From: the human T2T-CHM13v2.0 reference genome, Homo sapiens
Assembly: GCF_009914755.1 (NCBI RefSeq)
Contig: NC_060935.1
Reading direction: 5' to 3' (one strand)
Length of the DNA: 64,000 nt
Shown here: in pieces, positions 1 to 16,340 of the stretch
How the letters are laid out: each line of letters starts with the position of its first letter
Numbering within the stretch: position 1 is the stretch's first letter
The notes under the pieces: generated by a model
The model's database searches: none
Told to the model about the DNA's origin: nothing
The model's input: the letters and a program-made list of their open reading frames with translations, nothing else
Translations under genes and position numbers: made by a program

Positions 1-2330
1 TAGGTTCAGAGTGCAGTGCATGTTGTTCTGCCCCTTGGGTCATACAATCCAAGTGCTAGAAAACCTGTGGTGGTTAAGAATGTATGAAATTTTTGGCAGA
101 CTCCAATAGAAGTGACAGAGCACACACCCTCTGGAGAAAAAACACGACTTTTTAAATAGATAACTACTTTCCACTTGAAAGACAGCTTATGGTGAGACAC
201 TAGGGCAAAGTGAAGATTGAACACCTGATAACAGAAAAAAACAAATGACCATGGCTTGCAATGGCAGAGGAATGAGAGTGCAAGGCTAAACACACAGACA
301 CATTTCATACACTTCTCAAGTAATATTTGCTAACATCCCATCAGGCAAACAAAGTTAAACACCTAACCTGAATCAAGAAGCAGGAAAGTACATTCTGCTC
401 TCCCTGAGGCCAAGGAAGACACATAATCAAATTAAACATCAACAGACTTGGAATGTATGCCACTCCCACAGAGATAATTGCGCTCACAGTGCAAGAGTGA
501 ATATTTTTGAAGAATAATATAATCTAACACAAGTACCAAATTATAAAGTTAGGTAGTCTCAGCAGAAATTCATCAGGGAAGAGAGCTAGTACATTTGGGA
601 CCAAGCTCAAACAGATCCAGAAAGCACAAGTGTGTTACATAAGCAGATGTTGTTTGCATTTATATCCTATCTCTGTTCCCTCAAACCACACTTGTAACCT
701 CTTTGTGGTGTGAGAAGACTGCTATGACCAACTCACAGAAGATAATTATGACTTGATTCCAAGCTGTGCCAATGTGAAATGTTGGCATTAACAGGAAATG
801 GACCCCTGTCCTGAGGTCTCAAAGGCGTGATGATCAGTAGCAAAGGGAAATTCTCTTGGGGTAGAATTAGTCATCCATCTTGCCTAGAGGAAGGGGTGGC
901 CAGAAGAAAAGATATAGACTGACCCCTGGACAAATGGCTTGGCTGATTAGTCAGAGACTTGAAAGATACAATATTAGAAGAGAATAAACAAGGAGATCTT
1001 CAAAATAAATAAGTGAATGGACCTCTGGGAGTGGATGTGAAGTGTACCGATCTTTTTGTTTCCTATCAATGCCCAGTAGCAAGTATCCATTGTAGAGTAG
1101 CTGCTGATCAACCAGAAGGGGAGGAGAGTTTCTGCAGTGGAGGTCAGCCAGCCTGTCTTCATCCATTGTGATGCATACCCAGTGGACCACAGTGGCAGCA
1201 AAGGAGCCTGGGAATGGATCTAACAATATAAGTTTGCCTTTATTAAGGCCTATCTATCTAACACCTCTGACAACAGAAGAAAAGGATATGTGACACCACT
1301 TCTTTGGGGGGACCTACCATGCAGCAGGGAATGAATCCATTGTACTGTCTCCATCTTAAAGGAGCATAAATTCGCCTTTATTAGAACAGATATAAATATC
1401 AATATATGTCTCTATCATCACCACTGGCCAAGGCTTACAGAATACCTTGTCCAGAGACACGGTATTATACAACAGTGCTACATATCAAAGGACACAGAAA
1501 AGCACATCTGAGAATAGATTCATTATCATGAGTTTCCCTAGTCTTATCTATCTATCACCCAGAAGCTGCCAGTCTGATATAACACTGCAATAGTTAGCCT
1601 ATTGAAGACTCAACTAAGGTACCAGCAGTGTGGTTGCTGTTCTCCAGGATTTGATATGTGTTAAATCAATCACCAATATATGGTTCTGTATCTCCAATTG
1701 CCATAATTCATGGACACAGGAAGTAAGAGTTGGAAACAGGAATGCCTCCTCTCACTATCATACCTGTTGCTTAGTTGTAGAATTTCTGCTTTCTGTCTCT
1801 TCAAGTTTGAGCCATGCTGAGGTAGAGGTCCTGCTCACAGCATGTGGAGAATTGAAGAGTTTTGCCAGGGGATACATTAAATGTTCCACTAACAGGGTGC
1901 AACTCTCACCTTGTTAATTTGGGCTTCTCATTTGAGTGGATAAACAGGAAAAACAGAAGGTTATGTAACAGGTAGGGTTAACTGATCTTGTTTACATGAG
2001 GAGCCAGAATTGGCACTACATAATAAGGATAAATGAGTATGGCTACTTTGTTGGAAAAGTACCTCTTAGAATGACCATGCTCGATAACAACTGCCAATGA
2101 GCAAACATAACAAATACATGCCAACAAATGTGGGGCAACTAATGGCTTAGATCCCTGGGTGATCAGAGTCTGTAATGCTCTACCATACATTCACCTCTGG
2201 CCAGCCTGATAGCTGTCCAAGAGTGAGGAAAATCTAAGATTGCTGGAAGAGAAGAGAGATGATGGACAACAACTGTGGGCTTTGGACCAGGTGCAGCAGT
2301 TGTTAGTCCACTTTATATCATTCACCCTGT
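1..2330 (+). mobile_element. Decayed ERV-L class endogenous retrovirus internal region (pol RNase H, integrase, dUTPase), interrupted at ~130-780
   Basis: Disrupted translations resemble ERV-L pol in the expected order: AVHVVLPLGSYNP / FWQTPI (~14-110), RNase H-like (~780-1110), integrase-like HPEAASLI..LLKTQL (~1556-1620) and PIYGSVSPIAIIHG (~1670-1715), dUTPase-like EFLLSVSSSLSHAEVEVL..LPGDT (~1780-2030). Many stops and frameshifts. Confidence 0.8.
180..420. mobile_element. Old MaLR LTR fragment (MLT1J/K-like) nested in the ERV-L
   Basis: gctaacatcccatcaggcaaacaaag...aagcaggaaagtacattctg resembles old MLT1 LTR consensus. Boundaries approximate. Confidence 0.45.
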
Positions 2331-2519
2331 TTGCTACTTAAGTGCTTCAGGAGTTCACAATTGGCTAAAACTTTAAAGAAGTCTCTAAGTGCTTGGACTT
2401 GTGCCCCTACTCCCTACCCCTTGGGGAAGATGCAAAGGTGTCATTTTCTTACAACACATACACACACACGTATGCACAATGAAAGTCCTATATTCCAGGA
2501 AGGAAGTTGAATGTAATGG

Positions 2520-3066
2520 GTAGACCAATGCCTACCTCTTTTTCTGCCCTGCTGTCAAGCTCTGTTCCTTGATCTCAGCCACATGGCTTTTATCTTTGAG
2601 CTTATAGATCCTTACCATTCATCCAAACTTTGATGAAACCATACACCACATTAGGATCTCATATCCCATGGCCATTAAAGGAGTCAGAGGATGCAACTCA
2701 GGAGTCCAGGAGACTTCATGTTATTTGGCAAACTTTAACCAATAAAAACAGGAGACAGTATGAAGTTGAGAAAATAAATTCCCCCCACTCCTCTTTCCCA
2801 TGGACTATTCCAAGGCACAGCTTTTGGGTGCGTGCCGTCTAAAAAAACCCATGCGCTGAGCAGCAGCAGATGCTGAGAGACCTGCTTTGTCTTTTTCTTC
2901 CTGGACTCACCAGGAAGCAGTAGCGAATATGGTAAAGCATCATGTTGTTTTGTTTTTAAAATCTTATTGTTGCACTTTACTTTTTCTTCATTCTTGCTAC
3001 TGTGGGCCTGCACCACCCAAATGAAGCATCAGCCGGTTATGTTTTCTGAGAAATCCTGGCTAAGAG
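2520..3066 (+). mobile_element. ERV-L 3' LTR (LTR33/LTR16-like)
   Basis: Follows the internal region in the same orientation. ttaaccaataaaaacaggagacag..aaataaattccccc and the end tgttttctgagaaatcctggctaaga resemble LTR33-type LTRs. Confidence 0.6.
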
Positions 3067-3089
3067 ATGAGCCTTCATCTAAACACATG

Positions 3090-4810
<1,721 letters not shown>

Positions 4811-5809
4811 AATAACTAAATGAAATGACTTAATTGTTCTTTACCAATAATGCAGACATTCATTTATAGGTTTATTTATTTATTTAAGCCACCTGTTCTT
4901 TTTTGTATGCCAATATCTTCTTACCTTAGGAATTTTAGGTTGCTCCCAATTGCTGTATATATTTACTTTAAATATGTCAATGTTGGATTTTCTAGTATAT
5001 TTTAATGTTTTAGATTATGAACTCATTTTCCCAGGCACTTTCTTCTGTGAGTGCTCTGTGTGTTCTGCAGGTTATGGAGGATTCTGCAAGAGATGGTTCC
5101 TTGTTGCCTTTGCCAAGTTGTTACTCATTTTACAGGTTCCAGACCAAATGTATTTAACACAAAAGGTTAGGCCTTATATCCTAGTGTAGTTCAGACTAGG
5201 TTCTCTGATTTCTTGCTGCAGAATCATTTCTTCCTTGTGGCCTAGATGGAGGTAACCATTTTCCTGCCTTATTCAGTCCAGGAAGTGAAGGTTTTTTCCT
5301 AGGTGCAACATTTTTCAGTCTCCTAGCTTTATCCAGGGCACATATTTCAGCTGTTCTATGTATGCAGTGCTAGCAATTGATTTGTATCCGACATAGGCAG
5401 GAAGGTCTCTACAGTCTGTATTCTGTTCATTTCCCATCACTGATTCTGTGATTCCAGCATCTTTTTTCCACCACGTGTTGCATCTGTGTCTGCAGAAGTA
5501 GAGTTAGTTCCTTCTTGATTTCCAGCTCAGCAACCTATTTGATTTCTTCGAAAAATATTTTATGTAGCATTTTAATATGTTTGAAATGGAAGATGGTTTC
5601 TCACATTAATTCACCATAGTCTTCCCTAGAAGTCTCTAACTTTATTTGTAAATGTCTGGGCTAGTGGCTCTTAATTTATGTTTTCATAATGACGGTAGTG
5701 GTGCTAGTGAAAATGTGGTATATTGAGCGGGAATGCAGTGAGGCTTTACAAGGCAATTAGTATTGAGAAAAATGTCCCATTGTCTGAAAAGAAATAATAA
5801 ATGGTGCAG

Positions 5810-6300
5810 CTGCTGGAATGAATTTACCACAAAATGGTCACTTGAAATAGCACATGTTTATTCTCTTACAATTATGAATGTCAGAAGTCAGAGATTAACA
5901 TCACTGGGCAGAAATCAAGGCATCAGCAGTATCACAGTCCCTCAAGAGGCTCCAGAGGAAGAGTCCCTTGCCTCTTCTAGCTTTTAGTGCTGCCAGTATT
6001 CACTGGCTTATAGCCACATCACTTTAATCTTAAGGGAAAATTTTCAAATTCCTCTCTGCTTCATCTCCCCATAGCTTTCTCTCTGTGTCAGATTTCCTCT
6101 GTCTCTCTCTTATAAGGATAGACCTGATTACAGTTAGGATCTGCCTGGCTAATACAGCATAATCTCCTCATCTAAAAATCCTTAATCACATCTGTAAACT
6201 CTTCCCCCATCACACTTCCCCCTTTTAGCTTATATAGTGTAAGGATCACAGACTCAAGTGACTAGGATATAAGTATCTTTTAGAGAAGGATTTTTCTGTC
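5810..6300 (-). mobile_element. MaLR solo LTR (MLT1C/D-like)
   Basis: tttattctcttacaatt..gtcagaagtc..aaatcaagg..ccttgcctcttctagctttt..gccacatcact..cttataagga..taatctcctcatct are reverse MLT1 hallmarks. Confidence 0.75.
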
Positions 6301-8149
6301 ACAAATGGTGATGATGATTTTAAACAAGAAAGTTGTCCTTCCCCTTTCAGCATCCAAAAGTAACAATTTTATGGGGAGATAGCGAAAATAGAACACATAC
6401 AAGCCAAGGCCAGGAGAGCTGATTTATACAGCAGGGACAGAAAAGATGATGAATGGAGTCACAGTTAACAACACCCATCAGAGAAATTATAGGTGTGAGA
6501 TTATCCTGTTTGGGGGAAACTCTTGGGAGAAGACTGAGTACAAGGAAGATGATAGAGCTGCCCTTGACATCCCCAGTTCTCCATAGTTCAATTCGTTTTT
6601 AGGAAACACTACTTACTTGTGGAATTAAAACAGCAATAGTTGCGAATGGCTAATAGGGGGAAAAAAAAGCCCTATAACTTGTTATATCATACTCCTTCAG
6701 TAACACCAGAGGTATAAGGAGCTCATGGATCCTGAGGGATGGGCTACACAGAGATCGATACATTCATTTCAAGTACACCAGGCTCAACCAGAGGTCAATG
6801 AGAGCCCTTCACCATACATTGAAGCATTTTCTTCAGCAAGAGTGTATTTCCCCAAATCGGGGAGGGGTAAGCAAATACCATCGCTTGTAGGGGTCACAGA
6901 AAAAGAAGGGTGGAGGTCCACAAGGTTCAATAAACTAAAAAGGTCATCAGTTTCAAAAAGAACCTATTAGAGGGCATTCATGCCAAGTTCTAAATTAGTG
7001 CTGTTTGTTTTTTCTTTAAAATTAAGCACAATAAGAGATGTTTCATGAAGACAAAAGACATCAAAGAAAAGACAGGAATTTTTTCCACAAATGTGTTAAA
7101 GTGATGAAATTTAGCATAGAGACTAGGTGATCTGCCACTTCGATGTGAGGATCCAGATGATCCATTCTTTGGTCACTGGGGAAGTTAGTGGGGAGGTGGG
7201 TGGTCTAGCACCTAAACCCAATGCGGGGTGAAAAAGCCCATCCTTCCAACTCTTTAACAGGAGCTCCGAATACATCTTACCTCTTAGAGAGTCTTAAGGT
7301 AGGAGAGTCTGTATTTTTAAAGGCAAATAAACCTTGAAAGAGGAAATTTACCGGTCATTTACAGACCTCAGTGTGAATGTCTTCAATAAATGAATCCCAT
7401 TGTCTCTTCTGTGTTCCAGTTTTCAGGACAGAAGTAAAAACTTTTGATTGGTGTGTGTGTGAGGAGTTAGAGAAAAATTGGAGGTGATTTTTGGAATATA
7501 AACACCCCTAAAAAGGGAAAGGGAGAATCTAAGTAGAATTCAGAGCTACGTGCTTTGGCCAGTCTCAGGGAAGAGGAAACTAGCACTTACATTTCATTAT
7601 GTACCACGCATACTTATCTCATTTAAATTTTCTCAGCCCTGGGGGTGGCAAGGCCATTGCATTTTACAAATGTAAAAGAGCACCTCATGGAGACGATACT
7701 TGTTTAGGGTCATGGTTGGGCAGGAAGCCCAACCTGAGTGTTTGTCTTATATCCATCATCAGGAGTCTTCTGGCCAGAGGATGCTGTGGAGCTGGGTTGG
7801 AGACAACACCCAAGTGTATGGCCACAGTTCCTTACTTGCATGTCAGTTGCCTCCAGTGTGGAGAAAAGGGAGTGGTAGAGATTCCCTCTTCAAGGTGGTT
7901 TATGCCCTTGCGAGTGTTCTGGCCTTCGGTCTTAGCAATATCACTTTACGTTTAAATGATCCTGTTCCAACTGCCCACTGGGCTTCTTGGGGGCAGGAAC
8001 TGTGTCTTCCTTAGTACGATCACCTGGTGTCCAGCACAGCACTGCTGGCTACAGGTCCATGGCAGGGAGACTGCAGGCTGTCTTCAGTGTCCAGTGAGGG
8101 AATCTTTCCCAGCACCATTTGGATCCAGCCAACAGTTATAAAGTGCCCT

Positions 8150-8367
8150 TTGTGCTCAGGCACCATGCCAGGCGCTTGCAGATAATTTTTATTCGTTAAT
8201 TCTCACATCGCCCTATGACACCGCTATGATAATTCTTAATTAACAGATAAGGAAACTGAGGTGTGGAGAGGTAAGAGGGCTTGCCTCAGGTTTGATGGTG
8301 GTTGGGTGTTAAGATTTGAGCACATCTGTCTTGTGACTCCACATTCAGCACGCTTTCCCCACACCAG
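8150..8367 (-). mobile_element. MIR SINE
   Basis: MIR core acagataaggaaactgagg..agaggtaag..cttgcc. Confidence 0.7.
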
Positions 8368-9566
8368 ACTTACTGAATATCCCTCCAAGGACGCTGCTCT
8401 CTATCAGAACTAGCAGGAAAAAACATGGTCTTTGCACAATGGGAACTTAAGATAAAGAAAAGAAAGAGAAATACCTAGGGATGCTTTAAAAAGCAACATG
8501 CCTGAGGCTAACAGGTAAATGGCCAACTGACCAAGGCACTGGGGAGCCAAGGGGATTTGGAGTGATCCCAAGTAAGTGGGGTTAATCAGAGGAGGCCACG
8601 TTTCCTGCAGGAGGTGGCATCGGAGTCAGCCTAGCCAGCAGGTCTGCATTGCAGAACTCACTCACTGAAGAGCGTGCTATGCTCACTTGAAAGTGGGTGT
8701 AATTAAGTTCTTCCCTGAGCAGCTGCAGAGCATGCAGGTTGCTGGGGCTGCCACGAGTGTATTGCTAGTGCCCCCCTGTGCACAAAGGAAGAACTGAGCA
8801 ATGTGCGGGGTAAGCGGGGTGGGGATGGAACAGCTGTCTGTGCCCTTCACTAGGAGCATGCATTTCCATTCTCACATCCCTGAAACTGCTCCTTTAGTCT
8901 GAGGAGCATGTAAGTAAGCAGGGAGATCTTCCCCTCCTCACATCCCAGCTGCAGTGAGCGAGTCTCTGTCCCTGGGCACTCTGTCTGGGAGCTCTGCCAC
9001 AGGTACTCGCCTCCACAGATGTGCTGTGGACAGGGCAAGCTGGAGCTTCCCTTTAGGGAAGGAGCAGGAATTTCACTCCCTGGCCAGGCTCTGTGCAATT
9101 AGGACAGCCTGGTCTAGTTGAAAGAGCCCTGGGCTGGGAACTAGACACCATGAGCTCTAGATGTCAATGTTTTTGCCTAGTTTTGTTTTGCTGGGCAATT
9201 TGTTCTCTGGATTTCAGTTTCTTTGTCTGGAAAACAAGTACTGGTTCACGTGCCATTGGCCAGTGCGTCAATAGTCCAGTGCCCACGTGGTCCTTCCTCA
9301 GCTTTCCAGTACGGTGGTATATTTGCTCACCTCCTCTCCTGCCTTGCTCCTCATTCTCTCTATCCCCTTGGAATTAGTCATAAAGAATTTGGACGGTTTA
9401 GTGGGTTAGTTTATATAGGTTAGAAAATAAAAAACAAAAACAAAAACAAAACAAAAAACAGATGTTTCCTGAGGCTCCTCTGGCTGCCGACTTAGATTCC
9501 ATGTAAGAACAATCAGCCCCACCCTGAAGATGGACAACACTTTATTTCCTTAATTTAATTCACCTT

Positions 9567-9567
<1 letters not shown>

Positions 9568-9626
<59 letters not shown>

Positions 9627-9630
9627 CACA
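9568..9630. repeat. Compound (CA)~22(TA)~7 microsatellite
   Basis: Directly visible. Confidence 0.97.
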
Positions 9631-11549
9631 TGCAGTGACTATCTACGTCAAATGAAATACTCCCCCGTGCCCCTCCAAACTGATAAGCTCAAGGAGATAC
9701 TTACTTGCATTGTAAAAACTGCAATACAGAATTATATCTTTGCTATGCTTACATCTCTGTAAAATTATGTATTAGACAAGAATTTGAGAGCAATATTACA
9801 AATAAAACAATAAGACAACAGTTGATTTGATGAGGATTGTGAAGGTGGGAAGAGGAAGCTTTGAATGTTATAGTGTTGTCTATGCAAATACACACGTGGA
9901 CCATAGTAGGTATTTATAGACATAAGTTTAATAGACACAGGGCACCATAAAACGTGGACAGCAGGGAGTCACTTTCATAATGGCATCTAAAAAGTCTTGG
10001 TACAGATGGCATTTCAATGTCAACATTAAAAGAGGAAGTTTGCATACCCAATGAAGCAGGCTATGGAATAAAAGAAACAACAAATGGATTCATTCATTCA
10101 TTTGTTCACTCACTCTTTCATTGTTGGGAATACAAAGGGAATTGATGCACAGTTCATGCCCTGCAGAAAAATACAGGGAACACAAACTCAAAAGAGTCGA
10201 GAAACGTACATTATCAGGTGAACACACAAACCCGAGAAGTCTTTCCCAATTAGCCATTAATGATTGCTTCCTACCTTGGCAGCTCATTGTTTATAAGCAA
10301 TCTGTCAGTTATAAGTACTGCTATTATTAACAGTATTATTTACTCTGCAGCTATAGAGCTCACTGGGAGAAGTGGGAGGGAGAAAGGAAAGTGAGAACAT
10401 GGGGGGCTGTGCATTTTAAATGGAGGCCTGAATTGGGATGGTAGTAACGGGAAACCAAGCTTTCAAGTACTTAGTGAAAACTAGAAAACACTCCTAACAA
10501 ATGAATGGATCCCGAACTGTACACCTGATGTACACCTGCTGTGGTATACAGCCTGCCTCACCTCTTCATTCCCAGGGCAGTTAACAGAGAATGGTGTGCA
10601 CTGTTTGTATTTCCCTTTCTTCCTCCCAGAAGCACAAACTGCATGTCTCCCAGTGACTTGGACTGCACTGACACCAGTTGGATTTTACCCAGCAGACCAG
10701 ATGCAGGTGGGAGATTCCCCATCCGCACCCCTCCCTGTGTGCTTGTGGTTCATAAGCCAAGCCGACACTGCAGGGAGGTACTCTTGTGGTAGGTGGTCAC
10801 ATGGAGAGCTGGGGCTGTGGGCAGTGCCTTCTCCTTGCCATCTGAACATTGGGTCATCCTGAGGAGAGATAGACCCCAAACCCTCGGATGCATGACAGAC
10901 CCTTGACTCCAAGGAGCAGACCCCACTGGATAAGGGAGAGATGCCCAACCCTGCCCAGTAGGACACTACTTCCACTTGGCTCTGTTCTGCTTCCCTGGCA
11001 GATTTGCAGGGCTGGGCATTGGCTACAAGAGCTCTCGCATTCCCAGTCTGCTTCATTCTTGGCTTCCTATTGGGTGATCCATGATGGAGTCCCGCAAAAA
11101 CAAAAACCAAGAAAAAGCCAAACTTTACCCTATCACCATCATTACCAACAAAATTTCACTATTTGAAGTATTCTAGGCTTAAGTTCACACCAAAAAAAGA
11201 AACTCGCTTTTCCCCTCCTCCCCACCTCACTTCATAGGACATCAAGCCCTTCTAGAGAAGAGGCATACCTTAGAAGAAACACTATTGAAAGGCCATGTTT
11301 GTTTGTTTATGTAGGTCTTCTAAAACAAGCTGCCATCTTTAATACTCATTTCTCAATCTCAGTCCAAAAACACTTTCTCTAAGTAAAATGAATGAGGAAA
11401 TTCAGTTTCCATTTTACTTTTAGTTTAGTTTAGCCAAGGAGTTTGACAAAAATCGCTTAAAAAAATCTTTTAAGGAATGCATTAAGGCTAAAAAAGCCCA
11501 AACCCACCATGAGAAAGCACATCACAGAAGGCCCTATATGTCCTTATTC

Positions 11550-11837
11550 TTTATTTTTTTATGTTTATTTTTGAGACAGGGTCTCATTCTGTCACCCATG
11601 ATGGAGTGCAGTGGCCCAGTCCTAGCTCACCGCAGCTTCTGACTCCTGGGCTCAAGTGATCCTCCTGCCTCAACCTTCTGAGTAGTCAGGAACACAGGGG
11701 TGTTAGTTTTTAATTTTTTGTAGAGATGGGGTCTCACTACGTTGCCTAGACTGGTCTTGAACTCCTGGCCCCGAGCAATCCTCCTGCCTTAGCCTCCCAA
11801 ATAGCTGGAATTACAAGTGTAAGCCATGCCACCCGGC
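11550..11837 (-). mobile_element. AluJ
   Basis: Reverse Alu with AluJ features (gctcaccgcagcttctgactcctgggctcaagtgatcctcc; gggtctcactacgttgcc). Confidence 0.9.
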
Positions 11838-12643
11838 TTCATTCCATTTTTTAAACAATTATATCTCCCCATTGAGAATGTGAAAAATGAGATATGTGGC
11901 AGGGCTAGGGAAACAAAGGGTTAAGTACCTTCTTCTTCAACAGTGTGCTCTGGGGATGAGAAGAACCCTGGTCAATAAACAGATATATTGACTTGTTATT
12001 ATTTAAAGTTGTTTAACCAGGTAGAGATAAACGAAAGCTTTCAGCAGCTGAACTATCACACAAATCACAATTAAGGTGGCATATGTGTTTGGAAGACGTA
12101 AAATCAATTCCCGTGAAGATAATGTTTTAGTCTCTATTTGAACTTGAAAACAGAAGTAAATTTTCAGTAGCAACAGCTGGTCTTGTTCCATCCAGGAGGC
12201 TCTCTATTAACTGTATAAGAAGGGCCTTTATTACCTCTTCTAATGGTTTTCCTCTATGGTTTTGTCTTCATCAAAAAGGCCCAGTTGATTGTTGTGTTGC
12301 TGTTTACTGATGTGGCACAGAGGACGGCAGCTGGGCGCCCACCCACCCCGGTGTTGGGCCCTCCCTCCCCTGAGTGCTGTTTATTGTTTATGGAGGGAGA
12401 ACAATGGATCCTGGGAACAACTGGTCAGGCTGGGTAGGGGAGGGAGGGGAACTTGCCCTCTTTCTCAGCTTTGCTCCTCCAGGTAGCCTTCCCTGAGCTG
12501 CACTGGTGGGGAGGTGTGTGTTTAGGCAAAGGAGGGCATTTGAGCAAAGTAGTCTTTGTGATGTAATCACCCCCCCCAAGTTTCCAGCAGTGGGAGTGAC
12601 CTCTAAAGACTACTCACCATTTCAGGTTTTAGTCATGCAAATT

Positions 12644-12690
12644 TGTGCGTGTGTGTGTGTGTGTGTGGTGTGTGTCACACGTGTGTGTTG
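12644..12690. repeat. Imperfect (TG)n microsatellite
   Basis: Directly visible. Confidence 0.9.
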
Positions 12691-12848
12691 TCCTTCCAAT
12701 TCTATCCTATACTCCCAGAGGCAGGGACCACATTTTATGCCACTCCATTCTTTACCAGGCTGAGTGTGGTGCTGGCACAAAGCAGATGCTCAGGGAAAGG
12801 AGGCTGTGGCACTGGGAATCCACTGGATATAAGCCACCTCCTGGTTGA

Positions 12849-13230
<382 letters not shown>

Positions 13231-16099
13231 CTGTGTAGTCTTTCTTAGGTGAGGTACAAGGGTGCAGTGTAAGCTGGTGGGAACTAGGTCAGGTTTCCCT
13301 TTTGGGGGTCGCAGGGCTTGTTGGGGAAGAGGAAATGTACACTGATGAGGTGGGAACTTGACTGCCCCAGAGCAGGAGGGAAGGTGCAAGGACAGAATTT
13401 CTTGCTTGGGAACAGAGGCTGGCCAGGAGAGGAAAGGGGACCAGGAATACATGAGTAGCCAGGGAACCCGGACAGCAGCTCTCATCTGCCTCTAACTAGG
13501 TGTCAGACCAGGACAAAGCATTGGCCTCTGTGTGGCAGGTGCTTTGCCTGAAAAATATGAGCAGTGAAACCCAAGCTTCTTGCAAACACGACTGGTTATA
13601 AAAATATAAGATTAGTATCACTATTCCAGAGGAAACAACAAACAAATGAACAAACAAAAGCACGATGAAAAGAAATTACTTGCTCTACTCAGGCCACTTC
13701 CTTTCAGACAAAATAAGTAGACAAATACCATCGATCCTCCCTTCTCAATATCTTTCATGTCTGTATGATCCCTCCCAGCCTTGGCCACCTCCTACATCAG
13801 ATGCTCATGACCACAAACACGGGCCACACATAGCTCCCCCGCCTCCCCTTCCCTGCCTACTGGGGCTAGCTTCCCCCTTTCGCTCTATCCAGTACATCTC
13901 TGCAAGGCCTCAGCTCAAAGGACCATTTTGATTATGTTCTTCCTCAGCTCAAAAGCCATGGATTCGTTCATTCCGTGGATACCGATGCCCACCCTGTGCC
14001 AGGCACTGTCGTAGATATTGAGAAAACAGCAAACATACAAACTACCTCCTGCTATTGTGCTCATTGTCATGGAGGGTGACAGGAAAAATGAGACAGATAG
14101 AAAGGTAGAGAGATAAAGAGATGGGTGGGTAGATGATTTTAAGTAGACCTATATATTTATATTTAGAATCCATATAAGTGGAGTCATATTTAACTGAATC
14201 AAGTCAATATTTTACAGTTCATAATCTCTCTTCCCAGGCTGTGATTTTTGTCAGCCCCTGTTGTTTGTCCCAACTAAAAGAAAAAAGCAAAGATTTCTTC
14301 TTACTCATATGATACTCCATTGTGAACTTTGAGTCTAAAATTAATTCTCTTATCTCCTCAGTTCTTTTTAGGACTGCAAGATTCTTTTGTCTGTTGCTTC
14401 CCTGAGGCTCTGAGACCCATCCTTGAGTTAAGGTCAGTCTCAGGTGAGCCTATAGCCCCAGTGGTTCATTCCCCAGTGGGAAGGTGGACAGGGTCAGTGC
14501 TGAAGAGCACAGTCATTTTCTGCACCTGGCCTTTGAATCCAGCCAGGAGATTGCCTAGAAAGTTGATGTTGTTTTCTTTCAAGATATAGGAACCCCTGCC
14601 CTCCTTTCTTCCAAGAGATGGAAACTCTTTTCTTCCAAGAGACAGACACCCTTCCCACTTTGTGAGCTTTCTGGAAGCTCACAAATAAGGCAGTCATGCA
14701 AGAGCCTGAAGTGACTTTCTCTTGTGTTCGTTAAAGAAATCCCAGTGTTTTTTGGAACACGGGGTGAACCCTGAAGCATGGAGACAACCTGGCGTGTAAC
14801 TGGAAAGGGCACGTAGTTGGAAATTTGATGGACTTGCCTTGGAACCCCACCCCTGCTAGTCTTCAACAGTGGGCCTTGGAGCTTCAGTGGGGATAACACA
14901 TTATTCCCAAGATTGCTTTGAATATTATATGAACTAGGACACATGACAGCCTGAACTTCTCACGTGATTTCCATAAATACACAAATGTTAACAGCTTTCC
15001 ATCCTTGCTCAGCTCCCTCACCAGCCTCTGCTCCCTGCACATGTATCACTATTGTCCTGAGGTTGCTGTACAGGAACAGGAGTGGGTCTGCAGAGAGAGA
15101 AGATTCACCTGCAGACTACCCGTGCACTACAACAAAACTCATCTTCACAAGGCAGAATTCTTCGCCTGCATGGTGCCTTTCACTTCTTGTCTCACTCTCT
15201 TCCTTAGCAGTTTCAAATTTCTTAAGGTAGGAAATAACTAAGAGGAGGAATGGGGTAGGTTGAAAAGTGCTGAAGCTGCCCATGGAACAGAGGTGAGTAG
15301 AGGAAAGAGCCAGGCAGGGACAATGGGGAGTTTTGAGACAAACTCAACTAGAAATTTACACCAAAGTGGAAACATCCCAGCAAGCAGACTGACTCAGCAC
15401 TGGGGCCACCATCACACAAGGTGGGTAATAGGAAACAGAGAGAAATCACAAATGGGGCTGTCCACACTGCCATGGCACTGAAACTGAGCCTCTGTGTGCC
15501 TCAAGAGGAGAATTGGCAGCTTTGTGTCTGAGGACTTCCAGTGAGTCCTTGTATGGTCCTAGCTGATTCAACTATGCAGTGACTATTTCTCTAATAAGCT
15601 GATTCCCCCGAGACCTTTAGTGACAAAGAGACAGAAACTGAAGTGGTTTGGTCTTGTAACCAGAGCAACCATCCTTGCAAATCCACCACACAGGAAACAA
15701 GATTGAGAGCAAAAGAGATAGGCTTCATGGGCAGAGCCCCAGGCTGCCTATGTTCTCAGGTATACAGGTGCTTTCCCAGAAAGCACCTGTACACCTTCAG
15801 GGTCTGGGCAGCAGAGAACTTACAGGCATCCTCTATGCATTTGTACCTGGTTCGCTTATGCTCAAATGGCTGCAGAGAATGGAGGAAAGGAAATTGGATA
15901 TGATTAAGCATTTAGAAGCTGGGCACCTTGTTAGGCACACTACATATTTTATTTCATGGAATCCCAACCATAAATCTGGTAATGTGATATGTAATTGAAA
16001 CCAGCCCTTACACGATGCCTTCTAGACAATCATAAGTGGTAGGTGTGGGGTGGCTTGAAAGAGGCAGAAGACTGTGAAGAGAATGAGGAAAGAAGTTAC

Positions 16100-16340
16100 T
16101 GATTGTCTACCACTGAATGCCAAGCATCTACAGGCAAGAAGCTGTGCAGGGATTTTCCTATTACTCTTTCTCTTATACACCTCATAGCAATGTCACAGGG
16201 TAGTTCTCTCCCAGCTCTATGTGGTAGATGAGTAGACTGAAACTGTAGGAGATTATTTCATAAGCTTATAGGAACACAGCCAGTACGTGGCAGAATCAGA
16301 ATTTCAACTTGGTTCTCCCTGACCTGAAAGACTGTGCTGT
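16100..16340 (-). mobile_element. MIR SINE
   Basis: gtagatgagtagactgaaact..acacagccagtacgtggcagaatcagaatttcaac. Confidence 0.6.
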
